DNA from: Fonticula alba ATCC 38817
Taxonomy: Eukaryota > Protista > Nucleariida
Length of the DNA: 58,842 nucleotides
Direction: 5' to 3' (one strand)
NCBI GenBank assembly: GCA_000388065.2
Contig: KB932206.1
In this document: piece by piece, positions 37,808 to 49,813 of the stretch
Layout of the letters: each line of letters starts with the position of its first letter
Position numbering within the stretch: the stretch's first letter is position 1
Translations under genes and position numbers: made by a program
Notes under the pieces: generated by a model
What the model saw: the letters and a program-made list of their open reading frames with translations, nothing else
Told to the model about the DNA's origin: nothing
The model's database searches: none

Positions 37808-38764
37808 AACTTCTCCTCCACCTTGCCCCCGGTCGTCCGGCCTTGTGTCGTGCATGGCGATGCTGTCTCTTCGGCGCGGGGCATCGGGATGGCCTTCGCA
37901 CTTGTAGGGCGGTGTGCACAAGTTTGCCGAGCGTGATGAAAACCTCACCGAGGAAGAGAAGAAGCTGATCGGCACTCAGGACGCCACTTACATGCAGCTT
38001 CGCGTGTCCCAAGAGCAGAAGGTACGTGCTCTGGCACGCGTCCACAATCCATGCAGCACTATAGCCCCCTCCCCCCCCCCCCCCCCCCCCTCCATGAGGA
38101 GTACCATTTGAGGGTGCTCTCCTTTCTCACCTCCCTTCCCTGCTCCACTCCGCCTGTTCACTACAGAAAATTGAGCGCCTCCGCGAGAACCTCCACTTCG
38201 TGGATGTGGTGACCAAGAAGCGCGCCGAGGACTCTGGCAAGGCTGTCTTCCTGTCCAAGGAGGAGGCCCGCCAGCTGGCCGCCGCGTCGAAGCTCGGCGA
38301 CACCGAGCTGAAGAAGACCCTGAAGGCCATGGTCAGCGCCACCGGCGCTGCCGACTCGTCTGACACCTCCGACGTCGAGGATGTTGTCCTCTCGGACGAT
38401 GAGCAGGAAACCCTCCCGACCTCCATCACCAATCTGGGTGACCTCAAGGTGCGCTGCCGGGCGTCTGCCCCTCTTCCCCGCCATGCATACACGCGCCATT
38501 GCCTCATTGTCTGTCTCACACGGAGACATTTCTCCCCCTCGAAAGAGCATTGTCCGTGCACGGGATCGTGCATACGCCGAGCTTCAGGCGCGTGTGAACC
38601 GTGTCGAGAAGATCAAGAGCATCAAGAATGAGGTTGATACGCGGCGCGGGCTGCAGGCCGCGCAGTCTCGCCTCCGTGGCCATGCCGGCGGCGGCATCAA
38701 GAAGATCGGCACCGATGCCCGGGGCAACAAGGTCTACAAGCTGGCCAAGGAGCGCCTGCGGTGA
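37481..38764 (+). CDS. UTP11: U3 snoRNA-associated protein 11 (SSU processome), multi-exon
   Basis: RPYRERPQLPGRRKLGMLEKKRDYTVRARD...NVDEFTYGM, LIGTQDATY, KIERLRENLHF and C-terminal VYKLAKERLR. Confidence 0.9.
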
Positions 38765-39350
38765 TTTCCTCCCCCGCAGAATGTGCTTCTTCTCTCCTTC
38801 GCTTTCTCCTTGCGGCGAGCCGGCATGAATGTGCTCGCACCCCTACCAGCTTCCGGGTGAGGGGAACGTGGGCGGATGAAAAGAAACACCAACAACAGCC
38901 CTGTCGCGCATGTGGTGGCAGGGACCTGCCTCAAATAGATCCCAAAATGTGTGTGTGGCGTGTGTGTGCGTGCGTGTGTGAAGCCCAACTTGGAGCCTGG
39001 GGATCGCATGTGCAGAACATCGCACAGCCACTGGCTGTCAAGAAAAAAGATGGCCCAATGCCCCACTCCATCTCTGTCTTTTATCTTCCTTCCATTTCCT
39101 GCCTTTTGCCTCCTGTGAGAGTGAGGGGAGGTTCCTTCCGGAGCGTATCTATTGATCTTGAAGGAAGAACAAGCGATGGGAAAAGTACGGGGAGAGGGGG
39201 GGGAGGAGGGCAATGCACAGGAAATCCATCATACAAGATGCGATACACCCACACCCACACACCCGCACACACCCACCAAGTCTGTTGGCTACCGGCGAAT
39301 GCCGGCGAATGCCCCGTCGCCCGCATGACCGAGGAGGGACCGGCGATCGC

Positions 39351-40018
39351 TCAGAGGAGGCGCTCCAGGACGGCCGCATCGTCCGGGGTAACACGACCCT
39401 TGTAGTAGCCAGACACGACGAGGCCTGCCTCGCCGGGGAAGGGCGCCGCACCCTCAGGAAGGGGCGCCGGGGTGAACCCCTGTGCGGCATAGAAGGCCCG
39501 GGCCCCGCTGTTGGAAGTCTGCACATGAAGGAAGACACGCGCCGAGGTGAAGGGGGAGTCATCGGAGGCGGCCTCGCGCGACAGGTGGCCCCGCGTCCAG
39601 GCAATCAGACTGGACACCAGCTCCGAGGCAACCCCGGAACGACGATAGGCCGGCAGCACGCAAAGGGTCAGGATCTCCACGGCGAAGGTGCTGGACCCGG
39701 CCGGGGTGACATCGCGACCGAAGATGCACCCGACAGCGGCATCATTATAGTAAGCTGGGAGTGGTTGTTGGGGGGAGAAGATGGGGGAATCCAGCATGTA
39801 CGTGGGCAAATGTGTGCTTTGGTCAGAGAGAGNNNNNNNNNNGGCAGACCATTGAGCAACGCACCGATACGAGAGAAGACCGACCCGGTGGTCTCGATGG
39901 CCTTCTGGAAGAAGGTGTCTGAGTAGACCACCGGCAGCGAAGAGCTGTGGATCTGGCGGAACTGCCCCAGGTTGTTGGGGTAAACCTTGTCGATGGACAC
40001 CGGGGAGCGAGAGGACAT
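39351..40018 (-). CDS. NAA50: N-alpha-acetyltransferase 50 (NatE/San-like GNAT), 2 exons
   Basis: PNNLGQFRQIHSSSLPVVYSDTFF, AYYNDAAVG, EILTLCVLPAYRRSGVAS, FLHVQTSNSGARAFY..GF and GYYKGRVTPDDAAVL. Confidence 0.85.
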
Positions 40019-40597
40019 GATGCGAACAGGCGGCCGGGCGGGCGAGCGGGCGGGTCTTTGTGTGCGTGCACACGCGCGATCGAAGCGAGGTGCAGGGGGT
40101 GGAGGAGGAGGAGGGAGGAGGGCAAGGGCAGTAGGCAAGGATGCACCGCCCCGCCGGGGGCTCGGGGCCAGCGCGGGAAGGCGCCTTTTCGGAAATATCA
40201 CCCAGCATCCGGTATATCATCATGTGATGGTCATCTGACGCATCACGGGCTCTTGGATGGAGGGTTGGCGTGTCGCGTGGCGGCAGGGTTTTCCGGTCGG
40301 CGCCCAGGACCGCGCGCGCCCTTTTTCCCTCGGCCACCGGGCGGGGTCCGATGTGCGGGTTGGCCGCGTGCCCCCCCCCCCCCCCCTCTGGGTGGTCTTT
40401 TTCGTTGTGCTTCTGCCCGAGAGTGTGTGTCCACGTAGGGGGGAGCGCGGTGTGCACACGAGTGTGCGCGCATTCACCCCGGAGGTCCTCCCGAGGCTGA
40501 AGGAAAAGCCGGCGGGGGAGACCGCCGGCCCACCGCCCCCCTCCCCCAGGGCGGGGTGAGGGGGGGGCTGGACGGGACACACGGCGAGCCCGTATGG

Positions 40598-40628
<31 letters not shown>

Positions 40629-41118
40629 CTGGTCCGGCACCTGGACCCGCGGCTTTTGCCCCCCTGGCTGGACACCCACATGTGCCGGACCGCGCGGGGG
40701 CTTTTTTCGGGGGCACCTGGCGCAGCCTCTCGTCCCGAGAGGGCCTCCCTCTCCGTCGCCTCCCCAATCTCCTTTTGTTCTGCACACAAGGCGCCTGTCG
40801 AAGCGATCGCACCACCTTGTACCTCCCTCCCTCCCGCCCCCTCTCTCGCCCCCTCTCTCGCCCCCTCTCTCGCCCCCTCTTGCCATCCTCTCTCCTCCTT
40901 TTCCGCACCCCTTCTATGCTCCCTCTTGCAACTTCCCCCGGACCCCCCCCCCCCCCCCCCCCCGCGCGCGCGCGCCTCTCCTTGTTGTCTGCCTTTTTCT
41001 TTCCTTTTTCCTCTCTCTGCTCCCGCCTCACTGCTGCGCCCTGCACACACGCACATACATCCGCATTTTTCCCTCCCCACCTAACCCTCTACTCACGCAC
41101 GCGCTTGCTCGCAGAACC
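40019..41118. promoter_or_regulatory. Putative bidirectional promoter NAA50 / NOP58
   Basis: Head-to-head start codons 1.1 kb apart. Contains a 12-bp CCCCCTCTCTCG repeat x3 (~40838-40880). Confidence 0.55.
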
Positions 41119-43326
41119 ATGCTCGTCCTCTTCGAGACCTCCGCTGGTTACGCCCTCTTCTCGGTGAAGAACGAGTCCAAGCTCGCTGACACCGACTCCA
41201 TCTGGAAGGAGTTCGAGACTGCCGATAAGGCCAACAAGCTGTACGCATCTCCCCCCCCCCCCCACACACACACACGCACACACACATCCTGTGCACATAT
41301 ACATGCATATATGTATTTGTATTTCGCCTGTCATTGACCATCACCGGCCTTCCACCTGCACAACCCCACAGCGTCAAGCTCCAGGCTTTCGGCAAGTTCC
41401 AGAACACCACCGAGGCTCTGTCCGCCGCCACCGCCCTCCTCGACAACAAGGTCCCCAAGGGTGCGCACACGTGGCTACGCCCTCCCGCTGGTCCCCTTTG
41501 CCAATCCCCCTCCGCCCCGCCGGCATCTACTTACCCCTCCTCCCCTCCCCCCCTCCTCACCCATGGCCGCCCGTCCACTTGCCACCCTCAGAGCTCAAGA
41601 ACTTCCTCAAGAGCGAGGTCCTCAAGAAGAACCTGACCGATGAGCTGGCCGTCGCTGACGCCAAGCTCGGCGGTGTCATCAAGGAGAAGCTCGGCATCGC
41701 CTGCAAGCACAACGATGCCATCAACGAGCTGATGCGCGGTATCCGCTCCCAGTTCTCCAGCCTCATGAGCGGCCTCCCCGAGGAGGAGCTCGTCGCCATG
41801 CAGCTCGGTCTGTCCCACTCTCTGTCCCGCTACAAGCTCAAGTTCAGCCCCGATAAGGTTGACACCATGATCGTCCAGGCCATCTGTGCGCACGCTCCCT
41901 CTTCCCTATGTCAGACCCCCCGGGGCGGGGGGGGATGTGATGGGGCGGAGTCCTCTCTGCCCCCCCCTCCGCCCTTTGCCGCCGCTGCCCCCCCCCCCCC
42001 ATGCCCCCATACCCGTGTACTCACCCCCGACCGTGTGCGCAGCCCTCCTCGACGACCTCGACAAGGAGCTCAACACCTATGCCATGCGCATCAAGGAGTG
42101 GTACGGCTGGCACTTCCCCGAGATGGGCAAGGTGATCATCGACAACCTGGCCTACGCCAAGACCGTCCGCACCATCACCACTCGTGACAAGGCCGCCACC
42201 ACCGACCTGTCTGCCATCCTCCCGGAGGAGCTGGAGAAGGAGGTCAAGGAGCTGGCCGAGATCTCCATGGGTACTGAGGTGCGTGCCTGCGAATGTTGTC
42301 GCCGATCTTCCCTCGCACGCATACACACACACACACACACACATGTGGGCGAGCGGATGGAAGCATGTCACACGCGCCCCTCCCCGGGACTGACACACCA
42401 ATAACCCACACGACCGCCGGTGGTGATCAATCCCCCCCTTCCCCCCCCCCTCCCCCCTCGCCCACAGATCAACGAGCAGGATATCACCAACATCATCTAC
42501 CTGTGCGACCAGGTGATCGCCCTGTCGGAGTACCGCGTCCAGCTGTTCAACTACCTGAAGAACCGCATGCAGGCCATCGCCCCCAACCTGACCGTCATGG
42601 TTGGTGAGCTGGTCGGCGCGCGCCTCATCGCCCACGCCGGCTCCCTCATGAACCTGGCCAAGCAGCCCGCCTCCACCGTGCAGATTCTCGGTGCCGAGAA
42701 GGCCCTCTTCCGTGCCCTGAAGACCAAGCACGACACCCCCAAGTACGGTCTCATCTACCATGCTTCCCTGATCGGCCAGGCGGCTCCCAAGTTCAAGGGC
42801 AAGATTTCTCGTGTCCTGGCTGCCAAGACCGCCCTGTCCATCCGTGTGGATGCCCTCGGCGATAAGGACTCCGTCGACATCGCCACCGAGGCCCGCGCCA
42901 AGGTCGAGGCCCGTCTGCGCCAGCTCGAGGGCAAGACCCGCCTTTCTCTCAACAAGCCCTCCGTGGCCGCCACCGAGGAGGCTGAGGCTGCCCCGTCCAA
43001 GAAGCGCTCCTCTTCGTCTGACGGTGCGTCCGTGTCTGCGCATATGCGCGTCTGTGTGTGTGTGTGTGCCCGTGCTTGTGGGACCCCGCAAGCACGGGCA
43101 TATATACCGCGCCCGCGCGTCGCATCCCCCCTGTGTCTGCATGCATGCCACTTTTAGTGCCCCTGTGCTCGCGCCGTCCCACTCACCAGCATATTCTCCC
43201 CGCGTGTCGTCCCGCACATGTTCTCACCCTGCCTCGCCGTGCGCCCCCCCCCCTTCCCCTTCGCAACAACAAAACACAGACGGTGAGAAGAAGAGCAAGA
43301 AGAGCAAGAAGAGCAAGAAGGACTAA
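41119..43326 (+). CDS. NOP58: Box C/D snoRNP core protein NOP58, multi-exon
   Basis: [114 protein letters not shown] and a basic KKSKK tail. Confidence 0.97.
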
Positions 43327-44380
43327 GGAGGTCAGGCAGCTCTCCCCGCTCCCATGGCCGGCTCCCTCCGCGCTGTGTGTCGGCGCTGTGTGCCCCCTCC
43401 CTCCTCTCTCTCTCTCTCCCTCTCCACATGCGTACACACGCACATCCCTGCCCCCATGCCCGCGTGTGCGCAGTGACCTGTAGAAAATTGACGGCCATCC
43501 GCGTGCTGATTTGCCCGTTTCTCCTTGTGCTGGGATGTTGGTGTTTGTGTTTTTCTTTTTTTTTGCGGGCGCGGCGCGCTCCGGTGGTTGGGCCACATCG
43601 AGAGGGGGACATTTTGCCAGGCGCACAGGTGAGGCTGGTGTATAGAAGCTTGCGGCACGCCACAAGCATCAGGGGGGAGTCACAAGAATGGAGACCGGAG
43701 GGGGGGGGGGGAGGTTCTGCACGCGGCCGTGCCCGAGAGGGGGCGAGACGGAGATGGAGATCACCACAGAAAAGCTCCTTTTTTATGTGCCCTATACTGG
43801 GCTTTTGGATGCTGTTTGACTGCCCGTTTGAGGGCGGGGGATCCTTGCCGCCGGGGGAGGGGTCTGGGCATTCTCCGACCGTGATCCCCGGCCACCGTGC
43901 AAGTACAGCACGTGATGGCCCCGGGGCTCGGAGTGGGCCCCATGCTTCCAGCGTATTCCTCGGATGCCCTGCCTCAGCCCACGGATTCTATTCCTCCAAC
44001 ACACGGCCAAGCGGCGCTTGTCTCGGTCTCGCTGATCGCTGGGGGTGATACCCCCGCCGCCCACTTTGTGGCATTTCCAGTTCACACCGAGGAGCCCGGG
44101 CTGGCGCGTGTAGATCACCGCATTTGGCGCGTTCTGCCCTGCTCTTCTCTGGGGCGCTGCTCCAGCCGCAGGAAGGGGGCGCTTGCACTTCCATTACATC
44201 TGGCATGCCCGCCATGCCCCGGGACAGGGGCCAGAAGCGGGGCGAGTGCTGTGTGCCACGCTGGGCATGTGTCGGGTATCACGCGGAATCTGAGGGCGCC
44301 ATTTTGAATTGCGACTTCGCGGACCTGGACCACCGTATAAGAAGGCCGCCGACGGGCCCAGTCCATCGGATATTTCTTTA

Positions 44381-44600
44381 GTCGACCGTACTCTAGGGAT
44401 CATTTCTATAGTATGTGTCCTCGTCAAGTTTACCCAAACTAGACATCAACAAACCCCAGGACGATGAGCAATAGCGATGCTTCCCGAGCGCGAAGCGTGC
44501 CCGTGGTTGTTGCCTCTTGGCATCTGACGGCGTTGGCAATTGATGACCGTGCCGCTGGCCCTTGCAGCCTTCGGCAGGGTTGCATCGCAATCTGACTGGC
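44381..44600 (+). ncRNA. U3: U3 snoRNA (box C/D, SSU processome)
   Basis: Begins GTCGACCGTACT (GAC/box A'), similar to yeast U3. Box A GGATCATTTCTATAG is at 44397-44411, box C' GATGA at 44463-44467, box B GAGCGCGAAG at 44486-44495, box C TGATGA at 44541-44546 and box D CTGA at 44592-44595. Terminal stem CCAG (44456-59) / CTGG (44596-99). Order and spacing are typical of U3. Confidence 0.95.
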
Positions 44601-45002
44601 ACCCCTTTTTTCCTTTTAATAATCGAAACCCTCACTACTCGCTGCGTTGGCATTCCGGCCATCATGTGCTCCCTCTCCGCGTGTCCCGCCCTCCTCCGGT
44701 TTCCGTGTCTTCCTGGCTCCCCGCTTTTTTCTTCGCCCTCACACGCCTTTGTGTGTGTGCGCGTGTGTGGGAGGGGGCGGGGGGGGAGCACGAGGGCGCA
44801 GCGGACGTGTCACCCCGCACCTGCCCCCGCCGATTGCGGGCCGTCCGCGAGCGCGCCTGTACACCCGCCGCTGCAAATCCCGGGCGCACCCCCAGCGACT
44901 GTCGGCGGTGGCCGAGCGGACAACCCCGCAGACAGAGGGTCGCCATGCGTGGTTCGCCGCGCCGAGAAGATCTCGCCTCCATGTTGCAGCAGTAGGTGAC
45001 CA

Positions 45003-45003
<1 letters not shown>

Positions 45004-45075
<72 letters not shown>
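45004..45075. repeat. Poly-G homopolymer (~72 nt) upstream of TSR3
   Basis: Directly visible. Confidence 0.9.
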
Positions 45076-45076
<1 letters not shown>

Positions 45077-45266
45077 TGGCGCGCCGCGATCTCACCGCCC
45101 CCGAGGCAGGAAACCTGTTGCCTGAAAAACAGGCGCCTATCGCACCGGGAGCGCCCGGGGGCCGATCGTCTCGCCACTCTTCCTCCCCCCCCCTCCCACA
45201 CACACACGCACGCACGCACGCACGCACGCGCATCCCACCTTCTCTCGTATATACCTCTTCCTCAGC

Positions 45267-46772
45267 ATGCCGCCCAAGAAGTCGTCCGGCACAGCCAAGC
45301 GGCCGCAGGGGCGCCCCTCAGCCGGTGCCTCCACCGCCATCAAGGGCCTCTCCGGGACTCGGCACTCCCATACCCGGTGCGTACTTTTNNNNNNNNNNNN
45401 NNNNNNNNNNNNNNNNNNCCCCCCATCCTCCAGCTCCACCCCCTTCGCCTTCTCCCGCGACCTGCCTTCTGTGATCCCCTGCCAGCGAACTGACCCTCCG
45501 CGGCCCACAGCAAGGCCATCCGGGAGGATACCGAGACCTTTGACAACTATGTGGCCGATGTGACGGCCCCGATGTCCAAGCTGCAGATCGGCGCCGAGCC
45601 GGTCACCGACGATTTGGTCGATGGTCTCCCGCGCGACCTGCATGACCGAATCTTCTCCGGGCTTGAGGTTACCTACGCCGATGAGCATGGCGCTGGTGCC
45701 GAGGCTCGCGTCGACCTGGCGATGTGGGTGCGTACCTCCCCTCCTCCGCCCCCTTGCCTTGGAGCTGCCGCATGCCCTTTCCTCTTGGCTGACTTGCTCC
45801 TCCCTTTGGGAAATTCCCCGGCCGCCTGCCTCCCTCCCCTCCGCCCTGCGAATGCAGAACTTCGAGCAGTGTGATCCGCGCCGGTGTAGTGGAGCCAAGC
45901 TCGCCCGCGATGGTGTTATCCGGGAGATCCGCGTCAACAAGCGTTTCCCTGGTGTGGTGCTCACGTTCGTTGCCTCTCCCTCCCTCCCTCCCCCCCCCCT
46001 CCCTCTCTCTCTCTCCCCTGCGCGCGCACATTTTTTGCGCACGCACACACACACACACATAGACACGCTTCCTGGCATTTCAGACTCTCATGCTGACCCA
46101 AATCCCTCTATTTCACACATGCGCAGCCCTAACGCCACGCGTGCGGTCTCGCCAGCTGACCGGGACATCGTCCTCGCCCATGGCGCCTGCGTGGTGGACT
46201 GCTCTTGGGCTCGTCTGCAAGAGGTCCCCCTGGTCAGCCTGAAGACCCCGCACCCCCGACTTCGTACGCCCGGCCTTGGCTGTCATCCCGCATGCTCCCT
46301 TCCCCTTCTCCTGCTTCGATACCCATCGAACTTACACCTCTCGTACCCCTCGCGACCACCCTTTCAAGTGCCGTTCCTCGTGGCCGCCAACCCGGTGAAC
46401 TATGGCCGTCCGCTCCGCCTGAACTGCGCTGAGGCTCTGGCCGCCACTCTCTATATCGTCGGCCTGGATCACCATGCTGAGCGTGTGTTGTCTCGCTTCA
46501 AGTGGGGCATGCAATTCTACCACCTCAATCAGTGCGTCCTCTCTGCCGGGCCTGTGTATCACCCGAGGCCGTGCGCGCCCCACGGCTTCGCGCACCTTCC
46601 AACGCACACTAATCCATGCACACGCACACACGCACGCAGGGAGATCCTCCGCCGCTATGCTGCTTGTAAGGATAGCGCCGAGATTGTCGAAGTCCAGCAG
46701 CACTATCTCGAGGCGATGGCTCGCGAAGGCGAGGAGCGCCGTCAGGCCCGTATGTCTCTCTCTCTCTCTCTC
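45267..46772 (+). CDS. TSR3: 18S rRNA aminocarboxypropyltransferase TSR3, multi-exon, 3' end lost in an N gap
   Basis: [72 protein letters not shown] and [10 protein letters not shown]. Confidence 0.93.
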
Positions 46773-47440
46773 NNNNNNNNNNNNNNNNNNNNNNNNNNNN
46801 NNNNNNNNNNNNNNNNNNNNNNNNNNNNNNNNNNNNNNNNNNNNNNNNNNNNNNNNNNNNNNNNNNNNNNNNNNNNNNNNNNNNNNNNNNNNNNNNNNNN
46901 NNNNNNNNNNNNNNNNNNNNNNNNNNNNNNNNNNNNNNNNNNNNNNNNNNNNNNNNNNNNNNNNNNNNNNNNNNNNNNNNNNNNNNNNNNNNNNNNNNNN
47001 NNNNNNNNNNNNNNNNNNNNNNNNNNNNNNNNNNNNNNNNNNNNNNNNNNNNNNNNNNNNNNNNNNNNNNNNNNNNNNNNNNNNNNNNNNNNNNNNNNNN
47101 NNNNNNNNNNNNNNNNNNNNNNNNNNNNNNNNNNNNNNNNNNNNNNNNNNNNNNNNNNNNNNNNNNNNNNNNNNNNNNNNNNNNNNNNNNNNNNNNNNNN
47201 NNNNNNNNNNNNNNNNNNNNNNNNNNNNNNNNNNNNNNNNNNNNNNNNNNNNNNNNNNNNNNNNNNNNNNNNNNNNNNNNNNNNNNNNNNNNNNNNNNNN
47301 NNNNNNNNNNNNNNNNNNNNNNNNNNNNNNNNNNNNNNNNNNNNNNNNNNNNNNNNNNNNNNNGGGGGAGAGGGGGGCAGACGAATGGTGCGCACCCCGT
47401 CCGCTCGGAGAGGCAAAGCAAGGCCAGGGACACGTGCTCC

Positions 47441-48911
47441 CTACTCCTCAACAACGATCACCTCGTTCAGGGCCTCCAGGCCGCCAAGGGCCTCACAGGC
47501 AAAGCCACGGATGAAGTCCGCCTCGATCGGGTGGAGCTTCGGGCCAACCAGCACCAGGCTGTGCAGGGGGCCACCGAAAACCTCGTCGCACTCGGCCTCG
47601 GCGAACTTCTCCAGAGGAGCAGCCACGATCACCTGGGTGGAGGCACCGACGCGAGACATGCCGATGGCCAGGGACTTGGGAGCGCAGACTGGTGTCACAG
47701 AGAGCAGGCGGTTGCGTGTCAGACACATGCGTGTGCGTAGGTGTGCCCCCATGGGGCCGACGCCAGCCCACCTTAAGAGAAAGAGAAAGAGAAAGAAAAG
47801 GGAGGAGGAGGAGGAGAGAGAGAGAGAGAGAGCCAGGGAGAGAGGGAAGAGAGAACGCACCACCCTCGTCGCGGCGCTCCTCAATCAGAAGGAGCTGCTC
47901 GGCGGCCTGGCGGACGGTCATGAAACGGGGAGGCTCATAAATCTTGCGGCCACTATGTTCACACGGAGAGCCGGGGGCAGGGGCAGAAGAGTGGGTAAGT
48001 TGAGGGCTTGCCGGCCAAGGGCGGCGGGTCCAAGGTTTGGGGTGCGGAAGAAAAAAAGAAGAAGAAAAAGGCAACGACGAACCGGGCCAGGTTGATCTCG
48101 GACTGCTCCTTGACCTTGATGTCCAGCAGGGCCAGGGTATGGAGGCCAGCATCACGGTTGGACTTGATCCGGGGGTAGAAGGAATCCGGCTGCCAGGTCT
48201 TGGTGAAGAAGGGGATGGAGATCGTCTGGCCGAAGGAGTACAGCTGGAGACCGCAGCAGGCGATGGCGTTCATGATCGAGGCATTGTGGATGACATGCAC
48301 GGGGATGTTACGCTCGCGCGCACGCAGGACCATGTCGGTGTGGGTGGTCGCGCTGGTGGCAAGGCCCAGGCCGACGGAGGGGGACGGGGTAGTTGATGAA
48401 GGGAGAGAGAGAGAGGGGGGGGGGGGACAGCAAAGGGAAGCAGGAAAGACGGGAGGGGGTAAGTGCCGGGCACACCACAACAGAGGCTGAAACATGGGGC
48501 CGGGACATACCCGAACGGATCGCCAACGACCAGGAAGGCAACCTCCTCACCGGCGGCCGCCGCGTCCAGGATCTCATCAGACCCCTGCTCGACGAGCTCG
48601 CGGTCGGCCAGCAGAACCGGCACGCCGTAGAACTCCTCCTACAACAGCGAGAGCCGGGAGGACGGCGGAGAGGAAGAGGACGCCCCGGATGTACGTGTGT
48701 GTTGTGTGGTGTCGGGTTTTCCCACAAGTCAGCAGGGGCGTGCAATGGGCGAAGGCGCAACAAGCATGCGTACCAGCTCCTCCTTGGGGCAGAGCAGGAT
48801 GCTGGTGTAAGCCTCGAGGAAAACCTTGGTGCACTTGCGCACGGTCTCCAGACCGCGAACAGTGATGTCCTTGGCGTCGGAGAGGCCAAGGCCGATGATG
48901 TGAAGGGACAT
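47441..48911 (-). CDS. DPH5: Diphthine methyl ester synthase DPH5, multi-exon
   Basis: [103 protein letters not shown] and FGGPLHSLV. Confidence 0.97.
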
Positions 48912-49813
48912 GGCGAGAGGGGCTATGGGAAGGACAGGCGGGCAGGTGTATGGAAGGGGAGGCGGGGTGCAGGAAGTTCGCGGCCGCCGCATTGGCTCGA
49001 ACAATGGCTTTTTTTTTTTTCCCGGCTCGTTGGGCGGGTATCGGGGGGGGGGGGATCTCTGTTCCCTCCACCCCGGAGGATCTCGTCTCCGGGCATGCTT
49101 GGCCCTCTTTCTCGGCTCGGAGAACGCCGACAAGGCGGGACACTCCCGCGCGGGAGTGGCCACGCGTCCCCATATCACGCGCCGTCACGTGTCACATTCC
49201 GATCGCGCCTGTCCTCGGCTGTCTCACCACCCCGGCGCGACCCTCGGAAATAGGCGGAGGAATCATCTTCGCCCACTGGCCTCCTCACCCCGGGGGGGGG
49301 GGGTGAGAACGAGCTGGCCCAACGGCGAGCGGCATGCTTCTCGGGCCCCGGGCCAGGGAACAATTCACGGGCAGATCTCGGCCTCGGGGCCCCCTGCGGT
49401 GTGCCGCTGAGGCGACCATCGCGGCCCAGCAACCGGGGCAGATCGTGGTCGCCGGGGGCCGGGGCCCCGGGGGAGCTCCGCCGGAGCAAATGCCTTGGCG
49501 TACTCGACGGGGCGGGGAGAGGGCGAGGGGATGCGAGCCGACACACCAGGCGTGGACGGGGCGCCGCAGGGAATTATGACCCCGACCCCGCGTCGTCATA
49601 TTGTGGGGTTTTATTTCGCCCACCGACCACATCCATCCTCCAGGCGGCGTGCCTCGCACCACGCTTGCACCCCCTCCCCCCCCCCCTCCTCCCTCCTTCC
49701 CCCTCCGCCCGTAACTGCGCCTCCGCTCAATTGCCAGGGCGCCGCGCCTCCTTCCCCCCCCCCTCCCCGCCTCCTTGTCTCTCTGACGGCTGGCCGCCGT
49801 CACCTGTGTGAGG
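48912..49813. promoter_or_regulatory. Putative bidirectional promoter DPH5 / PEX11
   Basis: Head-to-head start codons ~900 bp apart, with G-runs on the left and C-runs on the right. Confidence 0.5.

Noticed and set aside
41241-42467. Intronic snoRNAs in NOP58 (a host gene in vertebrates)
   Set aside because: The introns are short and filled with microsatellites and poly-C. I saw no properly paired C (RTGATGA) and D (CTGA) boxes with a terminal stem.
44411-44416. GTATGT yeast-type donor right after U3 box A, suggesting a U3 intron
   Set aside because: Splicing it out would delete hinge or box sequences. The U3 boxes are already contiguous with normal spacing.
46773-47362. Long X-containing ORFs spanning the N gaps (46.8-47.4 kb, 51.4-51.9 kb)
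   Set aside because: Artefacts of translating through Ns.
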